DNA from: a virus
Taxonomy: Duplodnaviria; Caudoviricetes
Reading direction: 5' to 3' (one strand)
Virus record (IMG/VR): IMGVR_UViG_3300020151_002511
Span: 23,932-87,931 of that record
DNA length: 64,000 nucleotides
Under the pieces are notes generated by a model. The model was not told the origin of the DNA. It did not search any database and saw nothing but the letters and a program-made list of their open reading frames with translations. Shown here piece by piece: positions 24,288-34,760 of the stretch. The stretch's first letter is position 1. The number at the start of each line of letters is the position of its first letter. The translations under genes and the position numbers were made by a program.

Positions 24288-27200
24288 ATGAAAAAGTTTA
24301 CCGATGCAACAGACTCAGGAAAAGAACCGGCAGTAAAAGTTGGAAACTATGTTCCAAGAGATGCTATTAATTTAGGCTGGTATACCTCAAAAGAAATTTC
24401 TCCTGAAAATAATATTTCAATAGTAGATCTTTCTTCTTTAACTGCAGAAAATTTAAATGAATCAGATTCATTTTCTAAAATAATGTTTGCTAATGAGCTC
24501 GGAATATTAGAGGATTCTGATGGAAATCCATTCGTTTCATCAGATGAAATAAGTGTTAGTGACATACTTCTTAATGAGCAGTTTTTTTCTGATAGATATG
24601 AAGAGTCAGATGTAAAGGAGAAAATTTATGCACACAGTTATTATGTAAGTAGATTTTTTACATTGGCTCAAACAAAATCTTACTATGATGTTTCTATATC
24701 TTCTTTCTCAAATCCTAGTTACATGCCGAAGTCCATCAAAGTGTTGGATGAAAATGGTAACATTTATTCAGACCCTGTAACAGGTAGATTAAAGTACAGA
24801 GTTTTAATAGAGTCATTTTTAACACAAGAAAATATTACAAACAATGAAATTCCTCATAGGATTGTTGTTCTTTTTGAAGATCAAAATCCAAAAAATTTAA
24901 AACTTTCATACGACAAAGTTGAAGTAGACCAAGATGGATTTTGGTCAAAACAAATACTTGGATATACTGAATCGATAAACGTTCTTCCGGTTTTCAAAGA
25001 GATTCAAGAAGAAACAGAAGTTATTGACAGATCAAAAGTTGGAGAAAGGGTATTTTCTGTAAAAAGAAATACAAAAAAGAATTATATAAATAAAAACTAC
25101 AGTGGTACAGATGATAATTATGTATTTGTCAATAGAAAAGCCTTAGATGACAATAGAACATTTGAAACATTTAACTGGAGAATAGTTGCAAAAATAAAAA
25201 ACTCTGTTAATTTTTCCAGTGCATTTAACGGAAACCGTTCAAGTTTATCCAGTGTACTTACTAAAACTGTACAAGCAGGAGTTTTATATTCTAGTAGTAA
25301 TGGAAAAGATCTATCTAAAATATCTCCATATGTATTGTCTAACTTAGAAAATTCTTCATTTAACTTATCTTCTTTTGAGATAATAAATCCAATAAGCACA
25401 ACAACCGACAAGAGTCAAGCAGATTATTGGTTGGTTGATATTGACACAATTCAAGAGAATGATTTATCTAAGTATGACTTTTTGGCATGCTCTTTACATT
25501 GGAAGATTAATGATAGTCAAGGAAAAAAACTAAAAAAGTTTATTGATAATGCTGGAACACTTTTATTGGATGTAATTAATGCGCCTCTAGATAGTTTAGA
25601 ATTTTTAAATGAATCTTTTAAAACAATAAATGGAGTTCCTGCAATAAAGAGAGCTCCTGATGTTTCTATATCCTCAAGTCCATCTGGTTATAATTCAGAA
25701 AGTTTATTTTTAAAATCTTCAAAAAACAATGCTTTCAATATTACTGCTTCTGAATTTGCATCCAATTCTGGAATATACGGATCTGGGCAGACTGTTAATG
25801 GGGGATATGTAAAGTATAATTATTTTGATTCAACTACAACTCCGGGAATTGAAAATATTTTATCAACAAGTTACGGATCGGTAAACAATGCAAAAATATT
25901 TGGAAATATAAGATTTACAAGAACAACAGATAGATTATTGTCTGGAAATATTGTTGTATCTACAACTGGATTCTTAAAATACTGCAATGATATATACTCT
26001 GGGTCAACATTAGTTGCAACTGCAAATAACGGATCAGTAAACATTGGCAGTGGTTCAACTACAGTATTTTCTAATTTTGTTGAAGGACCATACAAGTTTT
26101 TGTATAACTGTATTTCAGTTGCGTTAAATGACAGGCTGGAGTCCACTAGAATTAAAACAGACTTAAGGTCGAGTGTACACGTTTTCTCATGTGCATGGAA
26201 TAATGATTGGGTAATCGATCCAGAAGCAGCATATGACGACGAGAAACAAAAATATTTTAAACAAGTTGTTGTTGATAGTCAGCAAAAGTATGTAAGAGAC
26301 ATCTTACCTAGCCCGCAATTAAGATATGTAAAAGAATTGTCAAGCGTTAACTCTTCTATCAATGATATATTTTTAGATAAAAATAATTCAAATATAGAAT
26401 TATATATTGAATATACAAATCCAAATATTTCATGGACAAATACATTAGCAGTAACAGCAACAGAAAAATCAGAACTCTCATCAACCTATGAATTAGTTAA
26501 GGTAAATAATAAAACTTTATCATGTGATGCATATACCGATAATGTATCACAGCAATTCTTTATTCCTTCTTCTTTTGGTCCATACGTTGTTAGAGATAAA
26601 ATAATACCTTCAAGAAAATCAGATTTAAAAATACTTCCAATTGCTCCCCCGATATCACATCTAGTTAATTTTGAGGTAGTTCATTCTTCTATTTCCGGCG
26701 GAGATGACTCATCAAAAGTATTAGATGCCAATATACAGATACAAGCAAATGTAAACTTTATACAAAAACACACATTTTCAGTTGCAACAAAAACAAAACC
26801 AGTAAGAGCTGCTGGCAACAGTTCAGAAGAATCTGTTGCAGGAGTAGAAAGACAGTATTTTGCATCTGCCTTTGAATCATCTCAGGGTAAGAGTAAATAT
26901 TCTAAAATAGAACCACTTCTTGCTAATAGTGTAAGTGATTTATTTAATGCCTTTCAATACACGTATGATATAGATAATGGAAATACTTGGGATGAATATT
27001 TTCAAAATAAACCTAATATGTCTGATACATATATTAGATATATACAATTGACATTAACAGCTGCTGGAGATGCTTTTAAGACAACAGTAGATGGAAAATT
27101 TGGATCATCAACCACTTCTAAAGTTAAAGCATTTCAAAAAAATAGAGGATTAAAAGAAGATGGAATTGTAGACTCTCAAACAAAAAGCCATCTAGCAAAT

Positions 27201-29855
27201 GTTTGGATCAATATGAGCGAGGCGGTGCGATCTCAATACTTAACTCAAATTAATAATGGCAAATATGGAAGTGTAAATATCGACAGATACGTCAGAGGCG
27301 CAGCTAGATCTAGAAATGCAGTAGAAGGCCTGGTTAGTAAAGAGGGATTTAGGTTAATTAACTTTACTGGAATATCAGACGCTAACAGGGATCCAGATAC
27401 ATTAAGAGTATGGATTGGCTTTCAGCTTCCAAATGACTCAGATATAGATTATCTAAAATCTGTTGTTGTAGCAGGAGATGATTTTGGTACAACGGCAACT
27501 GCAAAATCCCCTAATTATAAAGGTTTTAAAATTATAGATGTAAATATAACAGATGATTATAATTTTAGAATTATTGGCAATCAGTACGCTACAAAGAATT
27601 TTTCTAAAAACCATACAATTAGTTTTGGAGAAGAACAAGGAAAAACTATAAAAGGTAAATACATTTCTATACTTCTTGAAGGTTCAAGGCTCGGTGGAGA
27701 CTTTGGATCAACTGCAGAGGGAATACATGTAGCGCATGCATTTTGTACTTTTCAAACAAAAAGGACAGTAACAAAGAAGGCTTCTTCGTGGGAGGCTGAA
27801 TATGACTGGGAAACAAATTATTATCCAAAAGAAAAATTAGTTTCTGGCACAGTGTCTATGACAATTCCAAAAACAAAAATTTCTTTTACACAACAAAGCT
27901 TTTTAGTCGACGCAGCTCTAATTGCAGCAAATGCAAAGTTAAATTCAATAACACTTCACCAATTAGATAATGATAAATTTTCTGATAGCACAATCACATA
28001 TTCGGGATTAAATGTTCCCCTTAATGATGTTAAGTATAAACCTAATATTAATAGGGCTGAAGAAGTTGATATTAAAAATTTAGTATCAACTCCTATAGAT
28101 GTTACTTCGGCAATAGTTTCTCCAAATTCAGTAAAGGAACACGGAAGTACTACAGTGGTGTCAGATTCATTTGTAAGTTTATCAAGAACTAATACCGAAA
28201 TTAAGCTTACGTGTAACGTCTCACAGTACAACAAAGGTACAGTTCATAAGACGACTGAACCTATTGTTGGTTATTCTATAACAGATCCAAAATTAAGCTC
28301 AATAAAACCAGGAAAAAATTCATTTAATTACTATGACGGCGTTAGTCTCCTATGTCGAGTTGTCGAGGGTAAGCCAGTTCCAATTCCAATCAATCTTGCA
28401 ACTGTATCTAATAATACTTCTAGTGACACAGATGTGTATTATTCAGACATAGAGATATCCAACACGGTTACGCAAGAAGGCAAAGGGTTGCAATATGGAT
28501 TCTATGATATTAAAGCAAAAGAGTTCATCGGTAAAAAAATATCATACTTAAAGTTTATTAACACTGGACCGCAGAATATATACATTGGCGTATATGCATT
28601 TGACTATGATGGAAATATAGGAACTCAAACAGAATTTACAGGTTCTTCAAACGGGGATTCATTTATTCCAGCAAACATACCAACTAAGATGGCTTATCCT
28701 GTTTATAGTGTTAAGACAAAAAAGAAAAATAAAATACAAATTGTCAACATGCCTCCAAATCTACGAAAAACAGAAGTCTGGCCCTTGTATATAACTTCAG
28801 GATCTTTTTCTAAAGATGTTGATATTTCATTTAAAAAAGCTTCAGGCTGGATGTCTCAGTATAATAATCAAAAACTAACTGCTATTTACGATACATCAAG
28901 CATTAAAAATGTTGCTTGGTCAAGGGTTTTTGGTAGGGGTTATTATGATGTTATAGGAGAGACTCCAATAATAAATGACTCTAGGTCAATTAAATTAAGA
29001 AGAACTCCTATAGTTACTGTTCAAGAAGCTTCTTCTGATCTTTTTAGATTTGCTAGTCAGTTTAAAAATATAGTTAAAATTTACACAAGAGAATCTACAT
29101 CAAGTCCATGGCAAGAAATTCCAGAAAGCTCTATAAAAGATATAAATGCAGAGAATGGAATAATTGAATTTATTGATCCAATCATTCCTACTAATGAATC
29201 TTTGATTAAAGTTGACTACACTGTTATAAACAAAGACATTTCAGTTATTCAATGCGGTGGTGTTCCAATACCAACTAATCCTTTCTTAAATAAAGATACT
29301 GTAAAAATAAATAAACCATTATATATTTACATTAAACCAAAAGAAATATATAAATATGAAACACCAATATATAAAGAGGGACAAGTAGGAATACAAGCTC
29401 TTAGAAAAGTTTTAGTAGATGATTATAATGTTGACTCAGTTTTAAATTTTACATATAATAACAGCATCTTCAATAAAGACGACGAGTCTACCTATGACCC
29501 ATTTGCTTTGCTAATAGGTTTAGTCTATGTATTAAATAATTTTAATGATGAAAATTTTGATTACAAAGATCTAAGAGTAAAAGGTGGTGGAATCTCAGCA
29601 AACTTTACTACCAATTCAGTTGTTGATGATATTAATCAGGCTATATCTTACTGGGATATATATCCAGCTTTAGGTGAGGCTTATCCAAAGGGTGGATATG
29701 TTATAATTAAACTACCTGCTTTGGTCAAGAAAAACTTCTTGAATCATGAAGAGGTTTACGATATAGTGAGAAGAAATATAACTGCTGGAGTTGTCTTCGA
29801 ACTACAAGACATGGATGGAAAAGATTGGAGCAGCAGTGTTACAGCACCTTCCTGA
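24288..29855 (+). CDS. large virion structural protein with an internal peptidoglycan-binding (PG_binding_1-like) domain
   Basis: 1855 aa. YIQLTL..VDGKFGSSTTSKVKAFQKNRGLKEDGIVDSQT at about 27030-27200. Confidence 0.7.
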   Translation: MKKFTDATDSGKEPAVKVGNYVPRDAINLGWYTSKEISPENNISIVDLSSLTAENLNESDSFSKIMFANELGILEDSDGNPFVSSDEISVSDILLNEQFFSDRYEESDVKEKIYAHSYYVSRFFTLAQTKSYYDVSISSFSNPSYMPKSIKVLDENGNIYSDPVTGRLKYRVLIESFLTQENITNNEIPHRIVVLFEDQNPKNLKLSYDKVEVDQDGFWSKQILGYTESINVLPVFKEIQEETEVIDRSKVGERVFSVKRNTKKNYINKNYSGTDDNYVFVNRKALDDNRTFETFNWRIVAKIKNSVNFSSAFNGNRSSLSSVLTKTVQAGVLYSSSNGKDLSKISPYVLSNLENSSFNLSSFEIINPISTTTDKSQADYWLVDIDTIQENDLSKYDFLACSLHWKINDSQGKKLKKFIDNAGTLLLDVINAPLDSLEFLNESFKTINGVPAIKRAPDVSISSSPSGYNSESLFLKSSKNNAFNITASEFASNSGIYGSGQTVNGGYVKYNYFDSTTTPGIENILSTSYGSVNNAKIFGNIRFTRTTDRLLSGNIVVSTTGFLKYCNDIYSGSTLVATANNGSVNIGSGSTTVFSNFVEGPYKFLYNCISVALNDRLESTRIKTDLRSSVHVFSCAWNNDWVIDPEAAYDDEKQKYFKQVVVDSQQKYVRDILPSPQLRYVKELSSVNSSINDIFLDKNNSNIELYIEYTNPNISWTNTLAVTATEKSELSSTYELVKVNNKTLSCDAYTDNVSQQFFIPSSFGPYVVRDKIIPSRKSDLKILPIAPPISHLVNFEVVHSSISGGDDSSKVLDANIQIQANVNFIQKHTFSVATKTKPVRAAGNSSEESVAGVERQYFASAFESSQGKSKYSKIEPLLANSVSDLFNAFQYTYDIDNGNTWDEYFQNKPNMSDTYIRYIQLTLTAAGDAFKTTVDGKFGSSTTSKVKAFQKNRGLKEDGIVDSQTKSHLANVWINMSEAVRSQYLTQINNGKYGSVNIDRYVRGAARSRNAVEGLVSKEGFRLINFTGISDANRDPDTLRVWIGFQLPNDSDIDYLKSVVVAGDDFGTTATAKSPNYKGFKIIDVNITDDYNFRIIGNQYATKNFSKNHTISFGEEQGKTIKGKYISILLEGSRLGGDFGSTAEGIHVAHAFCTFQTKRTVTKKASSWEAEYDWETNYYPKEKLVSGTVSMTIPKTKISFTQQSFLVDAALIAANAKLNSITLHQLDNDKFSDSTITYSGLNVPLNDVKYKPNINRAEEVDIKNLVSTPIDVTSAIVSPNSVKEHGSTTVVSDSFVSLSRTNTEIKLTCNVSQYNKGTVHKTTEPIVGYSITDPKLSSIKPGKNSFNYYDGVSLLCRVVEGKPVPIPINLATVSNNTSSDTDVYYSDIEISNTVTQEGKGLQYGFYDIKAKEFIGKKISYLKFINTGPQNIYIGVYAFDYDGNIGTQTEFTGSSNGDSFIPANIPTKMAYPVYSVKTKKKNKIQIVNMPPNLRKTEVWPLYITSGSFSKDVDISFKKASGWMSQYNNQKLTAIYDTSSIKNVAWSRVFGRGYYDVIGETPIINDSRSIKLRRTPIVTVQEASSDLFRFASQFKNIVKIYTRESTSSPWQEIPESSIKDINAENGIIEFIDPIIPTNESLIKVDYTVINKDISVIQCGGVPIPTNPFLNKDTVKINKPLYIYIKPKEIYKYETPIYKEGQVGIQALRKVLVDDYNVDSVLNFTYNNSIFNKDDESTYDPFALLIGLVYVLNNFNDENFDYKDLRVKGGGISANFTTNSVVDDINQAISYWDIYPALGEAYPKGGYVIIKLPALVKKNFLNHEEVYDIVRRNITAGVVFELQDMDGKDWSSSVTAPS

Positions 29856-32436
29856 AAATATACAAACTTTTTCTAGTCAAAGTAGAAAAACAGTAAGCTC
29901 TTTAATACAAAATATTAAAGCTGATAAAACTCAGGTATCTTCTCTAATTGAGAACATTAGAAGCTTTGATGCAAATGCAAACTATAGTCCCTCTTTAGCC
30001 TTAAGATATTCCAGGCTTAACATAGAGGGTGTTGTAGAGTTTTTTAGAGACTCTTCATTAAGAATGAATCAATTTTTTTCTGCTTCTTCGGCTTTGTCTG
30101 TTGCGTTAAATTCAGTAGCGTCTATCTACTCATCTGAAATAGAAAAAATAGAAAAAGATATATTTCATTTAGAAAATTTTGTTAACAACTATCAATTTAT
30201 AGTTGGAGAAGATGATTTATTTAATTTTAATTATGTAGAAAATTTTGATAATAATCTATCTTCATATTCATCTGACAGTCAGACTATCAAACTTTTTGAC
30301 AGAGACAATATAGATTTTAATTCTAATGGAAATTATTACATTGATCCAGTTTTAAGCAAGATGACTATTGCAAATGGAATCGATTTTAAAAATCAACTCA
30401 TTAACATAGATAGAGTTAGTGAAGTAAATAACTATTCTTCTCATTTAACTACAGATTCTGATTTTCGTTTAGTATTAGATGAGGATCCGGCAAATAACTG
30501 GACAGTGACTGTTAAGTCACCATTTTTAATTAACTCAGAACTACCTGAATCAAAGTCTTACGTTAATTATAATTCATCCTACAACAAAGGTGCTCAGTCA
30601 TTTTTTGAAATTTCATTTATTAATCCAGTAGAAATGGATACGATAAGGGTCAACCCTAACGATTGCATTGGAATGCAGTTACTTCAGGTTGTAATTGAAA
30701 AAACTGATCCAGTTAATTCTGCTCTTGGAAATACAGAGTTTTCAGTCTTAAGCTCACCACTTTTAATAGACAAATCAGTAGATGTTGTATTTAATAAATG
30801 TAAAGTATCAAAAATTAAATTTATATTTAATCAGTCTAAATACTATAGAACCGAAAATGTACCAATTACTCAAGAATTAAATTCTAAAATGCTTCAGGAA
30901 ATTGTAGATGCAAGAAGAAAAGAAAAATCAAATAGTCCAAGTAGACTTCAAGATCTTGTTTACTTTTATTTTAAAAACGCAAATGATATTGAAAAGAATA
31001 AAAATAACAGAAAAGCTTATACAGAAGTATATTCATACAGGTACCCCTTATTAGAAGAAGGGTATTCTGATGGCGTAAATGAAAAGTTGTCAGAATTAAC
31101 TGAGTCAGAAATTTTAACAAAATCAAGAGAAATTATAGATTCAAAGAATATAAACGCAATCGAAAACATTGTTCAAACTATTGTCCAGCACGTTATAGGT
31201 TCAAGGAATAATCTATTTAACACCACTGTATATAGAACTGGCAGGCCGGGAAGTACTAACAATAGAATGGCCTCGTTGAAAAGCGATGGGTTCATTCCCG
31301 TTAAAGATGAATTTGATAACTTTGATAATTTATTTCAAAAAGAAGACCCCATAGCACCAGGTGTTTCTGTTGATAGCGTGGCTAGATACCTGTCTAATAG
31401 GGAAGATTCAAATTCATATGAATATACTTTTTCCATTAAAAATATATTGTTTGGTTTAACTCAAACATCAATACAAAATAAAGCTTGTTTTGTTTCGAGC
31501 AAAATAGAAACCAACGGATTTCCATTAGGCGTAAAAGGCGTAGTCAATAAAGTAAATGCTAGAAGAGACTTAACGTTTAATAATTATGACATAAGAGAGT
31601 CTGGCTCATATGAACTTAGCATTACGTATAAAGATTCAATAAAATCAGAGGATGATTGGATTCCACTATTTGCTGGAAGTTCAAACTATATTGAATCTGA
31701 AGTTATGTTTTTTGATACATTTAACTTAGCAAAGTTAAGGTTTATTCCGCAACAATCGGGAATAAAAGTTTATAAAAACGGAATTTTAGAAAACCCTAAT
31801 AATTGGGAATACGAAGAACTTGGAAATTCAATACTGTATAAGTCTAGCTTAGATAGAACTTCAACTTATTCAGTAGATTACTCCCTTAATAATACTGAAT
31901 ATAGTCAGTCTATTATTGATATAGATTCTTTGTCTAATTCAAATTTTGCAGTTAGAGCTTTTTCTAGTGGAGGAAACTCTGGTGAAAAGTTTACTTCTAC
32001 TGGACCAGGAAATAAAATACCACTCTCTTTTATTCCATATATTGAAGACAAGTTCAGCGGTGCTTATTATAGTGAAACTCATGGTACTATAAATACAGAA
32101 AGTAACATGGGCTACTCTCCGGTTACTGTTACAATGGCAGATGGTCAAGTAGCAATTAACTTAACAAACTATACAAATAATAGTTTTTTAAGATCATCTT
32201 TTTATAATACTAGTCAATATTTGTTTTTTCAAAACGGAAAAGAAATAGTATTTAATAGGCCAATTAACCAACTCTTAACAGTTAATTACAGCTATATACC
32301 ATCTTCCCTTAGGTTTAGATTGATACTAAGAAACACTCTGCCCGGTCAATATAATGGAATATCTGTGGATAATGTTATAATTAAATGTAAAGTAAACAAT
32401 CTAGATCCATTTTCAAAAAAATTATTAAGGTTATAA
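29836..32436 (+). CDS. virion structural protein (baseplate/tail)
   Basis: Long ORF. GGAG RBS at 29827 and GTG at 29836. Confidence 0.6.
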   Translation: MLQHLPENIQTFSSQSRKTVSSLIQNIKADKTQVSSLIENIRSFDANANYSPSLALRYSRLNIEGVVEFFRDSSLRMNQFFSASSALSVALNSVASIYSSEIEKIEKDIFHLENFVNNYQFIVGEDDLFNFNYVENFDNNLSSYSSDSQTIKLFDRDNIDFNSNGNYYIDPVLSKMTIANGIDFKNQLINIDRVSEVNNYSSHLTTDSDFRLVLDEDPANNWTVTVKSPFLINSELPESKSYVNYNSSYNKGAQSFFEISFINPVEMDTIRVNPNDCIGMQLLQVVIEKTDPVNSALGNTEFSVLSSPLLIDKSVDVVFNKCKVSKIKFIFNQSKYYRTENVPITQELNSKMLQEIVDARRKEKSNSPSRLQDLVYFYFKNANDIEKNKNNRKAYTEVYSYRYPLLEEGYSDGVNEKLSELTESEILTKSREIIDSKNINAIENIVQTIVQHVIGSRNNLFNTTVYRTGRPGSTNNRMASLKSDGFIPVKDEFDNFDNLFQKEDPIAPGVSVDSVARYLSNREDSNSYEYTFSIKNILFGLTQTSIQNKACFVSSKIETNGFPLGVKGVVNKVNARRDLTFNNYDIRESGSYELSITYKDSIKSEDDWIPLFAGSSNYIESEVMFFDTFNLAKLRFIPQQSGIKVYKNGILENPNNWEYEELGNSILYKSSLDRTSTYSVDYSLNNTEYSQSIIDIDSLSNSNFAVRAFSSGGNSGEKFTSTGPGNKIPLSFIPYIEDKFSGAYYSETHGTINTESNMGYSPVTVTMADGQVAINLTNYTNNSFLRSSFYNTSQYLFFQNGKEIVFNRPINQLLTVNYSYIPSSLRFRLILRNTLPGQYNGISVDNVIIKCKVNNLDPFSKKLLRL

Positions 32437-32437
32437 T

Positions 32438-34760
32438 ATGACTCAGCTCTCAGCAAATACTATAGTTCAAGATCAGATAGTTGCCAAAGTCAGTAAGTTC
32501 TTGGCAAATTATAGAGAGAATCAATTTTTTGATAATCAAGAATTAATGAAAGAATATCAATCATTAATAAACTTTTTAAGAAATAAGATATCACGGACCA
32601 CTTACTGAGTTTGATCCCTACATTAAAGGTGAGCCACCTATCTCTGATAAATTTAACTTGTTTACAGGTAATTATTCAGATGATATAAATATAATAGCAA
32701 AACAAATAGATTATTTAACTGCTGTATTTATTAACTCACATAATATATTTACTGATGAAATAGCTCAAGAAAATAAATTTATTAATAGAATAAAAAGCAA
32801 AGTAAAGATTTTGCAGATGTATTCAAGTAGTCCTTCAAGTGACTTGTATTATTTTGGAAATTCTTTTGATAGTTCAGATTATGTTGATTTTTCTAAAATG
32901 GATAATAAAGATCAATTGCCGTTGATAGATAATGGGCAAATGACCTTATCTTCAGGCGTAGTAAAAAATTGGGTACCAAGATCTATCTTTATAGCTGAAG
33001 GCTCAAATGGCTACAGGGGCAGTAATCACGCAGTCTATTCGTCATCAACTTCAACTAATCCATATAGATATTTTTTTGAAGATACACCTACAATAATTAA
33101 TCAAGAAAATATTAGAGATAATAATCCATTAACATTTTTTGAATATGAACAGATAAACATAGAAAATAAAGATCCTGATTCAAAAGAATTTGAGTATAAA
33201 TACATAGTTAATCCTGGACCTGGTCAACCAATAGCTTATGACCCTTGGTCATCTTTTAAGGGTGAATCTTTGTTGTTGAATATTGTTATGGAAAAAGAAA
33301 TAGCAGAATCTGCTAATTTTATTAAAATAATTCCATATTTTGGATCAGCTAATTATATAGTAAAAGATGTAACAGTCACCTCAATAGAGGTCGTTGATGA
33401 ACTAAATGTTACAGAAAATATTTTAAGACAACCAATATATATAAGTTCTAGTTTTATTCCTTTTTCAATTGATAAAATAAAAAACTTTTATTATAGAGAA
33501 GCAAAGATATCTTTTTCCGAAAGAAAAATTAAATCTATCAAAATATATTTTAAACAATCAGACTCTATTCCTGTTGACATAAAACACATTTATTACAGAC
33601 CTGATGCTACAGGTAATCAGACTAATGTAAATAAACAACCTAATCCTTATTCTAATCAAAAAAGATTCGATCCTGAGTCGCCTGTAGCTACAGATGAAAC
33701 AAAGTCTTCATCGATTCCTTGGTCAACAAAAACTTATGACATAAATACATTAATACCATCATATAATCAACCAAACTTTTTTAAGTCAGAAACACAAAAT
33801 ACAAAAACAATAGACATAAAATTATCAAGAGAAATACCTATACGAGACGGTTATGTTATAAGGGCATTAGGTGAAGACGGTAACTTTCGTTATATAACAC
33901 GTGCATTTTACTCAGACTTTGATCACATATTATCTATATCTCCGGTGTATTTTAATATAAATGATAGCAATTTGAGTGATTATATAAATAGCTCTCCAAT
34001 AAAATCTGGAGAACAAGGAAGTTTTCCGTATTTATCTCAAATTAGTTCATTGGATTTACAGGGCACACCTAGCGCTGATGCAACATCGGCTTATAGTGAT
34101 ATAACTAAAGTTAAAGATTGGCTTAATACAACAACTACTCAGAAAAATTCCAAAGGTGAAACTATTACGATAACTAAAGCAGAAAAATTTGCTAAGTTTA
34201 AACTTAAATTTGATGGTAATCTAAATGCCGAGATAAAAGAAGCTTCAAGTCAAGATACAAAACCTGATAATAAATTTTACAAAGTTCCTCTTACTAGACA
34301 GGAAGAAATACTTAAAGCAAAAAGAAGAAGCATTGGGATTAGAGACATATCTGTTGGCCATGAATCATATTCCGATAAAGCCGTTGTTATATCTAGGCAA
34401 TATGATGCTCCGGCGGATATAGAATATCTGACTCTCTCAGCAGAAACTGATTTTTCTGGCACTTTAACTTCAGCAATTGCTGAGAATATTAAATATTATA
34501 TTTCACTTGATGATGGATCTAAATGGATACAAATATCTTCTATAGAGGACCCCTTCTCAAGCGTTCCAGAAGTAGTGGCATTCAATCAAAACATAGATGA
34601 AAATTTTAGAATGCCAGGAGTTTCTTACCTTTCTCAACCAGACATTCCAGCTTCTGTAAGAAAGTTTATTTTAAAAATAGAAATTACAAAACCTACCGGT
34701 GAAAATATAACACCAATAATTTATTCCTATAAAGTTGGAGTCAAGGTAAAGCAGTCATGA
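32438..34760 (+). CDS. virion structural protein, about 773 aa via +1 frameshift at 32594
   Basis: An unannotated ATG at 32438 (one base after the previous stop) runs 52 codons to CGG-A. The +1 frame then continues into 32658..34760. The architecture resembles the neighbouring 34757 protein. Confidence 0.7.
32594..32597 (+). other. +1 recoding site 5 (tca CGGA cca)
   Basis: Both frames are open only over 32580-32608, with an in-frame CGG inside. Confidence 0.75.

Noticed and set aside
29791-29855. Possible eighth +1 frameshift between the 1855-aa and 881-aa ORFs
   Set aside because: No CGG in the overlap, and the downstream gene has its own GGAG RBS and GTG start at 29836.
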